This document shows, piece after piece, positions 49,161 through 62,908 of a stretch of 64,000 bases of DNA (position 1 is the stretch's first letter; every line of letters starts with the position of its first letter). The notes below the pieces were generated by a model that saw only the letters and a list, made by a program, of their open reading frames with translations, had not been told where the DNA came from and ran no database searches. Source of the DNA: Octopus vulgaris (taxonomy: Eukaryota). The stretch covers positions 52,762,001-52,826,000 of the forward strand of contig OX597830.1 in the NCBI GenBank assembly GCA_951406725.2, given 5' to 3'. A program made the translations under genes and the position numbers.

Positions 49161-51542
49161 GTTGGTGGTTCACCTCTTTTTTTTAATTTTATTTTATTCA
49201 CTATAGGCTAAAAAATGGTAAAAGAAATGTCTAGACATTAACAGATATCGCATGGAAAAGACTGAAAAAGAAGAAGAAAACTTATTTTCAACATTTCATC
49301 GCAGCAAATAATTTCGGAAGTTCATCACGAAATGCGGTCGATAATAATTTTATGGCTCCTCTTGAAAATTTACCCCGGATAAAATATTCAGTCGTTTATT
49401 GAAATAGAATTTGAAAACCAAAGACTAAAAAAAGAAAATCCCTTCTTTAATGCAATTTTGCTGTGACTGTTATATACAAGTTGTGTATATTTATTACTAT
49501 GTATTTTCTACTTTTAGGGATTTGCCAATTCTTCACACCCAACTCTTTCTTTAATTCTATTGCATGATGGTGGACATTATTAAGTAGGCAATTACTCCTT
49601 AAATTTTGAATGGAAAACATATTTTCTCTCACTCGTTGACCGATTATCTGCTGTAGTGTATGCATTATTTAATTATGAGCTGGCAGAAACGTTAGCACGC
49701 CGGGCGAAATGCTCAGCAGTATTTTGTCTGTCGTTACGTTCTGAGTTCATATTCTGCCGAGGTCGACTTTGCCTTTCATCCTTTCGGGGTCGATGTAATC
49801 GACTTAATCCCTTTGTCTGTCCTTGTTTGTCCACTCTTGTTTGTGGGCAATAAAGAAATAAGAAACGTTAGCAAGCCGGGCGAAATGTTTAGCGGTATTT
49901 CGCCTGTCTTAACGTTCTGAGTTCAAATTCCGTCGAGGTCGACTTTGCCTTTCATCCTTTCGGGGTTGATAAATTAAGTGGCAGCTGCGCATTGGTGTTG
50001 ATCTAATCAACTGGATCCCTCCCCAAAAATTTCGGGCCTTTTGCCTGGAGTAGAAAAAATAAAAAGAACATCTGTATTCTACTTGGCACACTATATTTTT
50101 TCTCCCACCCATCGCTCTTTTAGCTCAGGACTCAACACTCATAAGAAAAGCATGAAAGAAGATAAAGATTCCAGAAAACCAAATACTGCATTTGCAAAAA
50201 GTAAGATAAAGAAAGAAATATTGATATAAATATCAATAAATTAAAAATTTAATGGCTAGAATTATGGATGACTTGATGGTTCTTGGCTACCAAAGTCAAT
50301 TTAGGAAAATGCAAATAATGAGTGTTTATTATAAGCACAAGGTTTGAAATGTGGGAGGTGGAAGAGGCTAGTCGATTACATAAACCTCAGCACTCAACTG
50401 GCACTTTATTTTATCGACCTCTGAGGGATGAAAGGCAAGGTTAATCTCGATGGAGTTTTACATTCTGAGCTCAAATCCCAACAAAGTCAACTTCACCTTT
50501 CGTCTTTTCTGAGTCGTGGCGAGGCTGTAAGAACGTTGGACCGGCTGCCTTCCAGTATCTGTTTTGGCTTACTTGAAAGGTAGAATGAACTAGTCACCCC
50601 ATTTAACAACGGCACCAAATGCTGCAAGCATTCGAGCTGGGCTTATAATTTGAATGCCCTCTCTTCTCTTTCTCTCTCGCAATAACGGGTCATAGCATTG
50701 CTTTCTCTCTCGCAATAACGGGTCATAGCATTGCTTTCTCTCTTGACAAAAATATTAAAACAATCTTTTGTCAACGTTGTTGTCAGGTTGGGTTCGGCTA
50801 AATTTTAAAGAGGAACATTTTCTATGGCCATCGAGTTGTTGCCACTTGCTAGACACCGATTTTCTTTGCTTTTTATTTTTATCTAGTACACGTAGACAGA
50901 ATTATCTGTCTCTACGTAACTATTTCACGTATTAAAATAGCAATGCACACTCCAACTTTTTAAACAAGGATACTCTTGATAATATAGTCCAGGACTCACT
51001 ACTTTGGAGAAAAGGTTATGGCTTGAATGATTTTGATTGTACATCTACATGAGAGCTGCCCTGGGAACTAAACAACGAGACCAATTCTAAAACAGTGTCT
51101 CATTTCAGATCAGAATTACCATCATTAGTTATATTACGAAGATGATTTTAAAGATGAGACACACAATCTCTGAGTTGAGATCAGGCATCTGATCGAGCAT
51201 ATTTATGATTAAAGGCGTTCCACATATGACCAGCAGTTTGTTTTTTTGTTTCTTAGTCTTTTTTTTCTCTAGCAGTGTATCTCAGATTACATTATCGTGA
51301 GTCTTTCATGAAAATGGCTGTGTATGATTTAAAGATTTAGTTACTATTTCTAGCAGAACGACTGACTGTGTAGAGACTTTATTCTTCTTACTTAAATATA
51401 TTTAGTGTCATGAATGATTAAAAAATGAAGTTAATTACCAACTAAGCTCGTATCACTAATTAAACTGTAAAAAGTAAGTTGACAAGAAGCATCGGTTGAT
51501 TTTACCGATTTTTGGAATAACTATCATTATTTATGTGTGTAT

Positions 51543-52852
51543 TTATATATGGATGGAGGAATCTTTCTGGACTCTTGAGTCTCGTGTCTGGTCCCATAGT
51601 GGAATTATAACAAAAGTTGTGTACCGTGCACGTACTGATGTCGCTCATTTACACATGAGAGACAACCATTTACGGACATCATGTCAGGGTCGTTGAACGC
51701 CTCCATTAGATACATTCTGAATGTTGGCTGGTCCTTGCAGCTCTAGACACAGGTCTTGAAGGGAGTGCTAACGTCCTGGACATTGAGGTGCCCAAGCACT
51801 GATTACGTTGATTTGATCGGAGGCTCATAAGGTGAAGTTGTTTATGGAAATTGTCCCCAGCAGAAACCAAGACTACGATTTAAGGATTGTGGAATATGAG
51901 GGATCAATTGGGAAAGCAATTCTTATCATCGCCACCAATGGAGGAAACAAATAAAAGGAGTGAGCGATTTCGAAAAGGCATGCATTCTTCATGGAAAATT
52001 TAAGCAAACTGTTCGAAAACGCACCGCCAGTGTAGTACATGGGGAAGGCTTGGTCTACAATATCTGAAGACCTGTATGTTTACCAAGAGCTGGGCTCTTT
52101 AATTACCAGCAGAGCCACAAGGGCAAAGTATAAATTTGTTTGAGTGCACAATGTTCTTAATGGTCAATGAGGATCTTCCTTGATCTCAAGTGGACAGTCA
52201 TTGTGTATGCATGTATGTGAGAGAACAAGAAGTGTGTATATATGTATGTATGTACGTACGTGACCTCGTATGTATAGGTATATGTGTGTGTATGTATGCA
52301 TGCATGTATATATGTGAGTGTACGAACTGCATGGGGGAAGGGTATCTTTTTTTCTTCGCAAATGTAAATAAACCCAATCTGTTTCTTAAACGAGGGACAT
52401 ATTCATACAGCACGGAATGTTATTTAGCTAAATGGACGCCAGTGATTGGTTAAAATTGTCGAAATGCTTGAAATTAAAGTGGAAATATGTTACAACATAT
52501 AGAATTTTCTCAATAAAGCCAAGAAAAAAATGATGTTTTATAAACACATTCTACCAGTATACGAAGTTTAAAAGTGTTTAGTTAACTAGAAATTGTGTTG
52601 ACATGTACCGTTGAAAAGGAAAAGATCCCCTTTCACTTTTCTTGTTTATTAATTTTTTCATTTTTTTTTTCGAGGTTTAAACAATTTTTTAGTTGAAGGA
52701 GATAACCAAAAGTACAGATATTTCTGGCAAAACTTGGGGAGATAACCAAATTTTTGTTAGTAAGTGCACGATACACAACTTTTGTTATAATTCCACTATG
52801 GAACCAGACACGAGACTCATGAGTCCAGAAAGATTCCTCCATCCATATATAA
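51543..52852. mobile_element. Element of about 1.3 kb with 94-bp terminal inverted repeats (superfamily unknown) and a nested MITE at about 52339-52631
   Basis: 51543-51636 and 52759-52852 are reverse complements with about 4 mismatches; the ORF track shows YIWMEESFWT..SRVW.HSGIITKVVYRA on both strands. Confidence 0.75.
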
Positions 52853-53029
52853 CCAAATTTTTTAACCAAAAAGTAACAATTTTAGACGGAAGGGAAACCC
52901 AACAGATATTCGATCAGGTGTCTGTCATGAAGATACGTAATTTAGACAGTCAGAAATCAACACCAGGTTGAATTCAAGCATTAAATAGAAGGGAAGTAAC
53001 TCGTAAGTAATTAAACTCTGCTGGATTCT

Positions 53030-53047
53030 GGCGCGGAAAATTTTGAA
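53030..53047 (+). promoter_or_regulatory. Candidate E2F/CDE + CHR cell-cycle element upstream of ERI2
   Basis: GGCGCGGAAAA followed 1 nt later by TTTGAA, about 30 bp upstream of the ERI2 ATG. Confidence 0.4.
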
Positions 53048-53075
53048 TCCTTTAAACGTTACTGAAACATAAACA

Positions 53076-53101
53076 ATGAAAAGTACCAAAGAATTAGCCA
53101 G
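53076..53101 (+). CDS. ERI2: ERI2 coding exon 1 (MKSTKELAR)
   Basis: aacaATG context; AG|gtaac donor; phase 2 matches the next exon. Confidence 0.85.
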
Positions 53102-56100
53102 GTAACTATTGCAAAAATAAGTTTTTGATCTTCTGGTTAAACTAAGGATTAATAATGATCACTATTTTAAGTAAAGACATTTATTTACTTAAGATTCTGA
53201 ATTATGTGTAATTATGGTATTTTATAATTGAAATGGCATATTCCATCGTTCAAAATGTTTCGGATTATTTGAAGTGGTCGGTGGAATACCTGGCGCCCTT
53301 CTTTAACACCACAGAATGACTTCTCTTGTAGTACGTGAAACCGAAGAATCATTGAATATTTCCAAAATTCAAGACAGCACCAGACGTTGATATACTTCCT
53401 TAACTATTTCAAATGATTATTGTAAAATAATGGGAAATTTTAACGAATTCTCGGAAAAGAACCATGTGTGATGTTTTTCTCTGTGGTAGTTCGTGTTTTT
53501 TTAATTAGCTGCTTAAGCGAAGTAAGTGGCTACCTTTTACTCTGCTGTATGGTACATGTGTATCACACACATGTATCATAGTCTACCTTTTACTCTGAGC
53601 AAGAGGCCCTTTGTCACCAGCAGAGGTAGGAGCTCTCTGAACTTTGCTTAGGCTATTCTTATTCTAGCAGCTACACTCTCAGTTGGTCACCTAGGTAACG
53701 GAAGCTATCAACTACTCCTAGTTTCCCCCCTGGCATGTGACGGAAGCTGTTTTCTGCACATTTTCAGTTGTTTATTGCCCCTGATGATTTGCCACACCCA
53801 AAATCTATTTTCCCAGTTATTTGATATTTCTGCACCTCTGATGTGTCCATAGCTTACACCCGGATACATCTTATGGAGCTTCTACCTACACCTTTTCTAC
53901 AGATCGAGCAGGGCCATATACCTGAAGGGATACATATATATTAAATTACAGATTAAAAATAGCTCTAGCAAGATAAATATTGTCTGTCGCACATATGAGA
54001 TATCACAACATATTTTCTTTGCTGCCCTACCAAATATTCTGCTACTCCAACAGCCTATTGTACAGCATTTTGCCAATCGTCTAAGTTGAGTCTGTCATTT
54101 TCTCTTCTGTGAGGCACAACATTGTGATGTATAACCTCACCACTTCTTCCTGTTGTTGCTTTCTGTTCCCTCTCTTTTATTTCATTTTTTTTGACAAGCT
54201 GTAGTGCACCTGCACATTGCGTACAGTTAGCTCATCATTATTATTTTCATCTTTGACAACGATGTTAATACATTTCTTTTCTTATTTCTTTCACTTTTAG
54301 AGAGCTTGGCTTCCTTCGAAAACGTCTTCTAACATCCCCAGCAAACAAAAAGGTGAAACGGCATAAAATAAGTAAGTATATTAGATTATTTGATTCATCA
54401 GCATTTAACATTTACGTTTTTATGCTGGTATGAATTGGACAATTCTCACAGCATCTGTGGTCCATTTTTTATCTACTGCAGTGCCAGTGGCACTTAAAAG
54501 GCACCATTTGAGCGTGATCGTTACCAGCGTCACCTTACTGGCACTTGAGCTCCGTGCTAGTAGGGGTATTAAGAGCACCATCCAAACCAGAGCGGCTATC
54601 TGGCCTCCGTGCCGGTGGTACGTAAAAGACACCATTCGAGCGTGATCGTTGCCAGAGCGGCTATCTGGCCTCCGTGCTGGTGGCACGTAAAAGACACCAT
54701 TCGAGCATGATTGTTACCAGCATCGCCTTACTGGCACCTGTGCTGGTGGCATGTGTAAAAGATTCGAGCGGGGTCGTTGCCAGTGCCGCCTGACTGGCCC
54801 CATGCTGGTGACATGTAAAAAGCACCCACTACACTCTCGGAGTGGTTGGCATTAGGAAGGGCATCCAGCTGTAGAAACTGCCAGATCAAGATTGAAGCCT
54901 GGTGCAGCCATCTGGTTCGCCAGCCCTCAGTCATTCGTCCAACCCATGCTAGCATGGAAAGCGGACGTTAAACAATGATGATGATGATGCACTAAAACAG
55001 AAGAGAGCAGCCATGTTTGTTACACTACAGAGGTCATTGCCAACAGTGTAACCCAACCCTTACATTGTCTCCATTTTTTTTTCCATTGTGGAGAGGCATG
55101 ATTTTAACAGATAAATGCTCTTCTGTCTCCAAGTACCTACTGCATAAACTGCGTACATCTTAATGTGCCACTGGCACTTGAGTCGCTGCCACTAGTTGTT
55201 TCTAGCAAGACTGAAGATTCCTCTCAACCTTGCATTACCTCTGTCCTTTCTCTTCTTTGACAATTATTTTTGCAAAGAGAGAGAGAGAGATCACCTCCAA
55301 CAAAACTCTGTTTCATGGGAAAAGATATTTTGATTATTTTGTTCTGAGAAGTTTGATCCCAGAACATAAAGAGATAAACTAAATTCTACAAATTGTTTTA
55401 GTCCAATGATCTACCAATTCTGGCATTCACTCACCATCCTGACTTTTTTTCTGTTAATTTCAGAACAAACCTTTGATTATCTGATAGTGATGGATTTTGA
55501 ATCAACATGCTGGAGTGACACAAAACTGAAGCCACAAGAAATCAGTAAGAGAGAATTTCTCTGTCAGAATATGTTTGGAAACGTTGAAAAGAAATGGTTT
55601 ATTTAGATAGTTGCGGTAGAGTGGTGGCATGATGGATTTAGGTATAGAGAGGACAAGAAAGTGAGAGCAGAGACTGAGCATAACTTGTGTGTTTGTGTGC
55701 CTGAGTGTACACATTCATATGTGTGTGTGTGCACATTCATATGTGTGTGTATGTCGCTTATGTTTGCACTTCTATGAAAATCACTTCATTAAAAGCATTG
55801 ACATTATTATCACCAGCAAATCTACCCATCTATGAAGGAGGCATAAAATGAGGGAGGAAAGTCATAACAGCAGTATGTATTGAGAAATGTGTAAATGGAC
55901 TTCATAGATTACTAGGTGATGTCTTAGAGAAATCACATTATTGTTGGTGATACAGCATTCTATTGCAGCTATATGACATGCGTTTGCGACTAAGTGACTT
56001 GTGATGATGATTCACTCCCAAACTGAAATAAGCTCCCGGCCTCTGTATTATGAATGGTTATGTGGACAACTCCTAATGAAAGCCTGAGCTTCCTTCGACC

Positions 56101-59100
56101 ACTACATAAAAAGTATTTAGAAAATATGTTATTTCGGTATACTTTTATTTTAGTTGTTTACACTATTTTAGACTTGTATATATTCTTATACATTCAAAGT
56201 TCACAAATTTCCTTATTTAAATTATCATATTCCTTTCAATAATATCAATGCGTTTACAAAACTTCTTTGTAGACAATATCTTCTGTTTGGTCGACACTGA
56301 TTTTCAAATTACTGGAGTCCATTGCTCTACTCATAGCGACGTATAACTGGCCATGTGTAAACATCGGAGTGGGTAAAAATACACCTACACGATCTAAAGT
56401 CTGCCCTTTGCCTTGTTTCCTGTGAATGTGTGAGCAGAATCTCTAGGGTTACAAAAAATCAAAGTAAGACTTACCTCTCACTGTTACATGTGAATAATGT
56501 CTGGATGTTCTGGTACCATGGGTTATTTTGATTGACAAAACTGTGATGTAAACAACAGCTGCTTCGATTAACCATTTCAAATCCTGCTCAAGATTGACAC
56601 ACTTCAATAAGCACTAAATAATCACACACACTATATACTGCCACACACGTTTTCTATTTAATTGTCACTATTAACCGTCCTCGCAACCCCCTTCATATCT
56701 ACATTGGGCCCACTTATTTTATCAACCCCAAAAGGATGAAAGGCAAAGTCGACCTCGGCAGAATTTGATCTCAGAATGTAAAGGATGGGTGAAATATCAC
56801 TAAGCATTTTGCCTAGCTCACTAACAACCTTACCACTTTGCCTGTGGAGAAATATTACCTAACTAGAAAATAGTTGAGGATTTGTAATAGGAAGGGCATC
56901 TGTCTGTAGAAAATCTGCCTCAACAGATTCCAGTTGGCCCATGCAAGATTGGAAAAGGGAGCATTAAAATTATGATTTGTGTGTGTGTGTGTATGTGTAC
57001 GCACACACACATCTCCAAGATGGGACCAGTTGATAAGCCCTGAAACCAGAACTTGACATTGTTTGTGCTTACAAGTGCCATTTTAGTCATGGCACAGGAA
57101 CAGGAAACACAATAACCAATCTAAATTAGGGAGTAGAGAGAGTACAATTTGAAGACAAATTCTAACTTCTATTTTCTGATCAATTTCAGTTGAATTTCCT
57201 GCCGTGCTACTCAATACTTCTACAGGAATAATTGTTGCTGAATTCCAACAATATGTTATGCCCGAAGAATGTCCCACTCTAAGTAAATTTTGTCAAGAAT
57301 TAACTGGAATTTCACAAGTGAGTGTATGTTTTTTCGTTATGTGTGTGTGTGTTCCCTTTATTTGAAGGTGATGATTAAGTTCTTACTCTGTGAAATTGTT
57401 CAGGTAAGAGAAAACAAATACCAAGAAACTCTGAGTAAGCAAAAGAGTGAGCCATGATCTTGAAGTGAATAAAGTGTGTGCTGTGTATTGATTGATTTTT
57501 CCCTCATAATCTGTTTCATTGCCATGCAATACCTCATCTTTTCCGCTTTTGGCACCTGTGCCGGTGGCACGTAAAAAGCACCAACCAATTGTGGCTGTTG
57601 CCAGCCTCCCCTGGCATCTGTGCCGGTGGCATGTAAAAAGCACCCACTACACTTACAGAGTGGTTGGCGTTAGGAAGGGCATCCAGCTGTAGAAACACTG
57701 CCAGCCTCCTGGTTTCCCAGACCGACCTGGTCGAACAGTCCAACCCGTGCTAGCACGTAAAACGGACGTTAAACGATGATGATGATGACATGTTAACAAT
57801 GGACCTGTTAGAAAAGCAGCTAAGTCTCTATCAAGCCACACTCTTGTGTGTTTGAAGAAAAAATGCAATGGATAATGTATTTCTAGCTGTACTACATCTG
57901 GAAAAAAGACAGGATGGTCACAATTGGAACATTCTTTATTATAGGTCTAATTAATATGAGTTGACCTGGGATTAAACACTGGTGACATATTTAAGGTAGA
58001 CAAGCCAGTGCAACCACCTCTATGTGATCACTTACCTGATCCAAAATAATATCCAAAATTCCCTCAACATATCTTTCTATTTTGAAAAAAAGAAGACTAC
58101 ATTGTGTGTAGTCTATTTACATTAGAGGCCCCTATAAGTCAGGGTTTGACCATGTATTTGTACCTTAGAAACCATGGACTGGGTAAGGTATTTTTTTTTT
58201 TTTGGAAGACAAACAACTTCCCATGCAGTTAATGTCTCCACCACTAATACTGGTTCTAGATTTTGGTACACGGCCAGGCCAGCATTTTTGGAGTAGGAGC
58301 AAAGTTGATTATATCGACCCCAGTGCTCAACTGGTACTTATTTTATTGACCCTGAAAGGATGGATGAAAGGCAAAGTCGACCCCAGTGGATTTTGAACTC
58401 AGGACATAAGGATGACCAAAATGTCACTAAGCATTTTAGCTGGTGTGCTAATGATTCTGCCAGCTCATTGCCTCCTCCCACCACCAATATTGTCCAAAAG
58501 AAAGTCCAGTGTCCATATAGCTTGACATTAGTATGATTACCAATAAATTAGGGATGTAAATACCACAACGTATTTTGTCCAATGTTCTAATGCTAGTCCA
58601 ACCACCCTGAGCTGGTATTATATATTGTTGGCCCCAAAAGGATGAAAGGCAATGTAGATCTTTGCAGGATTTGGACTCAGAATGTAAACTGTTGGAACAA
58701 ATATTACAAGAATTCGTCTGATGCTCTAACAATTCTATTGATCCACTGTTTTTATTTACACTATATCTGAATATAAGACAGGGCTGTCATGGCCGGGTGC
58801 CTTTAATTATAGACCTACTAGATCAAAGCGAACTCGAGGTAAATGTATCATAGCCCCAGTACTAGAGAGGTGGTCTTGCCCTCTGCACCACTAAAACGTC
58901 TTTTTAACTCCATGTTGTCTTCACTTGTTCATCAACCACTTTACAAAGTGTCAACTATTTATCATGGCACCAACACTAATGAGGTTACCTTATAACCTTT
59001 TATACAGTAAAATGTTACTTGTCATATGATGATGATGTTATGTGTGATTATAGACATATTTTTATATACAGAACTATTTAAAGTTTGGGTGTTACATTGA

Positions 59101-62100
59101 ACAGGTTATGGGATTATGTAGAATAGAAGCTTTCTGATTGATCAGATACTAAGAATTACTTTAAAATGGTTTGCTTCCAGCATCAAGTTGATAATGGAGT
59201 TCCATTGAGATTGTGCCTGAAAATATTTAAGGATTGGCTTAAGAAACTTAGTCGGGAAAAAGGAATCAAATTTTCTCCAATTCAAGAAGACCAAAGTGGC
59301 CTTACTACCTTTGTTACCTGGTCAGGTAAATTCTGTTTTTCTTTTTTTTTTTTTTTGGATGTCTTCATTTTTCTCACCTTTTTTCACCCTTAACCATTTT
59401 GTTATCAAATCTCTATTGAAATGCACTTCATTTCTTTCAATTAATTTTGAAAATACAGAAGAATTTACTAAAATATTTTTGTCATTATTAAGCTGGTGAT
59501 TAGAGCATAAATTAACATTAACTTTTGATGAAAGGTTTTAATTTAGATCCCTTTAACCTTTTCGTTACCAACCCCAGCTGAAACTGCCTCTGGCTCTGTA
59601 GTACAAATGTCTTGTTTTCATAAGTTATGAATTAAAATCTCCACCAAACCTTAGTCATAATTTATGTTCCTAACACTAGCTGAATGATACCTGTTATTTT
59701 ACTAAATTCTTTGTTACATTTAAAATTAATTGAAAGAACCACAGAGCATCTCAAAATAAATACAGTAATGAAAGGGTTAAAATGGGAAGGTTGTCTTATT
59801 GAACCAAGGGCAGTTTCAAATAGGTTGGTATCAAAAAGCAAGACAACTATACTGATCTTTTGCTCCTGAGCACATATCTTCAAGAATATCTTAACTTTTC
59901 TCAACTCACATACATCATCATTATCATCATCATTTAACATCTGTTTTCTATGCTGGCATGGGTTAGATGGTTAGACTGGTAAGCCAGAGAGCTGCAAAAC
60001 AGACAGGCTCCAGTCTGTTTTAGCCTGGGTTCTACAGCTGCAGGCTCTTCCTAATGCCAACCACTCCACAGAGTGTGCTGGTGTCTTTTATGTATCACTG
60101 GCACAGGTGCCTTTTACATTCCACTGGCTAATGGCCTAGGGCTAAACAACAACAGCAGTGACAGTTTCTGTATTTATCTTTTGTAGATTGGGATCTATCA
60201 TTGTGTCTGAGAAATGAATGTCGCCGTAAACAGCTGTGGAAACCAGTGGAATTGAACCAATGGATTGATCTGAGGGCCACATATAAGGTAAAACATTTAT
60301 TGGTTTTAATGCCACACCTTCCCCACCACACTATTACTGTTTTACCTGTTTCAGTCAGTTGACTGTAGCCATGCTGGAGCACCGCCTTTAGCAAATTGAC
60401 CCCAGGACTTATTCTTTGCATGCCTAGTACTTATTCTATCGGTCTCTTTTGCTGAACCGCTAAGTTACAGGGACGTAAACACACCAGTATCGGTTGTCAA
60501 GCGATGTTGGGAGGACAAACATATACATGTATGTATATATATATGTGTGTATACGACGGGCTTCTTTCAGTTTCCATCTACCAAATCCACTCACAAGGCT
60601 TTGGTCAGCCCAAGGCTATATAGTAGAAGACACTTGCCCAAGGTGCCACGCAGTGGGACTGAACCCAGAACCACGTGGTTGATAAGCAAGCTACTCACCA
60701 CAAAGCCATTCCTATGCCTATATGTACATGTTAATTGTAAATGTTGGTGGTTAAAAGAACTGCAACAGTAGAGTGTACTTTGAAGGAGATTTGGTTGCTA
60801 TTTCTAGCAGGTCGAGTGGCTGTATAGAAGTTTCCCTTGTTGGCAGGATGGATTTGGAGTACATCATGGTTCTATGAGTCAAAGATGACTCTATACAGTT
60901 CTGGATCTGTAAGAAAAAGCAGCCAAATTGCCCTTAAATGACATCTTACTCTCTTAAAAAGTTGGGTGATGCATTGGATAATACAGTCCTAGATATACAA
61001 AAGAGATGAGATGGCTTCAGCTGGAATACCTTTTGATCATAGATTTTGTGGACACTCGGTGGGCCAAAAGGTGACTGATACAACAGAAGTAAGTCGGGCT
61101 GGTTTGATCTTGAAAGTTTCAGTGACTGGTTTACAACCATAGCCTTACCTTATCTGAAAAAACTAGAAGGAAAAAAAGTTTTGATTGGCGTCAATCTAAG
61201 TTCACATTTGTCCTTAGAATTGCTAAAAGCCCATGAGGAGAACAATATATCCTTCATATTTTACTTGTAATACATGTAGTCTTTTAAATTCTTCATATGT
61301 GGCAGATACACAAGAAAGGTTAGTAATAATGATACCTAGGGATAAATTCTTTCAAATCATTGCCTGAAGAACCATTTATGGAGAAACTATTTGTTCTAAT
61401 GGGCTGAAGAATAATTCAGCTTTTGAATAGAAATATATAAATACATGCATACATAAACACACACACACACACATGCATATACAACCTTGTCACATAGTGT
61501 TATGCTAATTCTACCTGACAGTACACATGTCTGTGGAATACTCAGTCACTTACACTCCAAACCAATGAGCACACAGTTCAATGAAACAAACCACTGGTAA
61601 ACTCTTTGTTGCACCAAGTCAAGGATCTGTTCCTTCCTTTGCTTTTCTTTAAAAAAAATCTTTCACTTTTGAAATATTCATTTTCAGAATTTCTACAGCA
61701 GAAAACCTAATGGTTTAAATGGTGCTCTCCAAGAACTCGGTATTTCATTCCAAGGACGACAACACTCAGGTGAAGCATTCCTCTACAAATTTATCCTTTG
61801 AAATATGCTTCCACACACTTTTAATGTAGGTCATTCTTGTTGTTTAACGAACAATCAGTCTCATTCTTCTAGAGCTTGGATCAAAGATGTTCTAATCGTC
61901 CTGCCTTTTACTTAGACATAGTGTATGTGAGACTTCCTGTTTTTTGTTTTTTTTTTGTTGTTTTTTTTAATAGTAAACTGTGATTTAAGGAAGATTTAGC
62001 TGCTATCTCTTACAGTGTGAAGTGACCATGATGAAACTTCCTCATTGTTGGTGTTGTTTAGCAACTCTGAACCTGTTGGCCTGTGATTAAAAATATTCCA

Positions 62101-62908
62101 ACAGTGTCAAAACTCTTTTATTTAAAGGCAGTAAGATGAGATTTGGATGACATTCAGCTGCTATTTCTATAGGGTCAGAAACCATGTAGGAGTCCTTGTT
62201 TATCACCTGATCAGGTCTGATCAAGTAAACCTATGATCAAAGGTATTTCTGCTGAAATCCTTTCTTACCTGAGACATGATATACTGTTGCAAAACGTGGC
62301 CTCCCTTCTGTGTCAACACAGCTCCACCAGCAAAAGTTAGCAGCAGAAAGACCAGAGACTAGCCCAGAAAGCCAGCTTGCCCTGAGAAGAAGAAGAAGTC
62401 ATGCACAGCTAGGTGTCTTCAAAACTTCTAGAACTTTATTCTTAACCAATCAGCTTTCTGGCTGCTTGGTAAGCCCCCCTCCTCCCACCATACATCATCT
62501 GACCATGTGAGACATGTCATTTATCACATGACATAATTCTGGAATTTTCTGTGACACTCTAACATGATGCAATATTACAGAGTGATTTCACAAAAGGCTA
62601 AACAATATTATGTAATTATTGCACAGAAAACTAAACAACTTCACAAATTTACTGTAGAAAATCATAGTTAAGTTAATACAAACATAACTTATTCTCTCCT
62701 TCATAACAATATCTATGAACAACTTCATAAATTTACCATAGAAAATCATAGTTAAGTTAATACAAGCACACCACCACCACCACCACCACCATCATCTTTC
62801 TGTTGTCTTATTTGTTAAGGTTTGGATGATGCCAGAAATACAGCATGTCTGGCCTGGAAAATGATCCAAGATGGATGCTTAATGAAAATAACTAAAACTC
62901 TGTCAGAG
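53076..62908 (+). CDS. ERI2: ERI1 exoribonuclease family member 2 (DEDDh 3'-5' exonuclease), 5' part; continues beyond the window
   Basis: join(53076-53101,54301-54371,55464-55544,57190-57317,59181-59325,60187-60287,61688-61769,62820-62908) = 723 nt, open frame. MKSTKELARELGFLRKR...FDYLIVMDFESTCW (ExoI)...EIIEFPAVLLNTSTG...FVTWSDWDL (ExoII)...WIDLRATYK...GRQHSGLDDARNTA (ExoIII). The N-terminal xTKxLARxLG pattern is ERI2-like. Confidence 0.92.
54301..54371 (+). CDS. ERI2: ERI2 exon 2 (ELGFLRKRLLTSPANKKVKRHKI)
   Basis: cttttag / gtaagt; basic cluster, possibly a bipartite NLS. Confidence 0.88.
55464..55544 (+). CDS. ERI2: ERI2 exon 3 (KQTFDYLIVMDFESTCWSDTKLKPQEI)
   Basis: tttcag / gtaag; ExoI D-x-E. 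Confidence 0.94.
56254..56690 (-). mobile_element. Helitron RepHel (PIF1-type helicase) C-terminal relic in an ERI2 intron
   Basis: 56406-56254 reads GQTLDRVGVFLPTPMFTHGQLYVAMSRA...DIVYKEVL*; upstream part degenerate. Confidence 0.85.
57190..57317 (+). CDS. ERI2: ERI2 exon 4 (IEFPAVLLNTSTGIIVAEFQQYVMPEECPTLSKFCQELTGISQ)
   Basis: tttcag / gtgagt. Confidence 0.94.
59181..59325 (+). CDS. ERI2: ERI2 exon 5 (HQVDNGVPLRLCLKIFKDWLKK...TTFVTWS)
   Basis: ttccag / gtaaa. Confidence 0.93.
59553..59780. mobile_element. piggyBac-type MITE (reverse copy)
   Basis: Reverse complement of 26609-26837; TTAA at both ends. Confidence 0.8.
60187..60287 (+). CDS. ERI2: ERI2 exon 6 (DWDLSLCLRNECRRKQLWKPVELNQWIDLRATYK)
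   Basis: ttgtag / gtaaa. Confidence 0.94.
60345..60718 (-). mobile_element. SINE family A, reverse orientation
   Basis: Reverse complement of family A. Confidence 0.8.
61688..61769 (+). CDS. ERI2: ERI2 exon 7 (NFYSRKPNGLNGALQELGISFQGRQHSG)
   Basis: ttttcag / gtgaag. Confidence 0.93.
62820..62908 (+). CDS. ERI2: ERI2 exon 8 (LDDARNTACLAWKMIQDGCLMKITKTLSE)
   Basis: gttaag / gtatat; ExoIII H-S-G-L-D-D. Confidence 0.92.

Larger units (their letters stand above)
49161..53075. promoter_or_regulatory. Divergent (head-to-head) DRG2/ERI2 intergenic and promoter region
   Basis: Lies between the two start codons; CpG-richer by eye than the gene bodies; CGGAAGT (ETS-like) near 49315. Confidence 0.6.
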
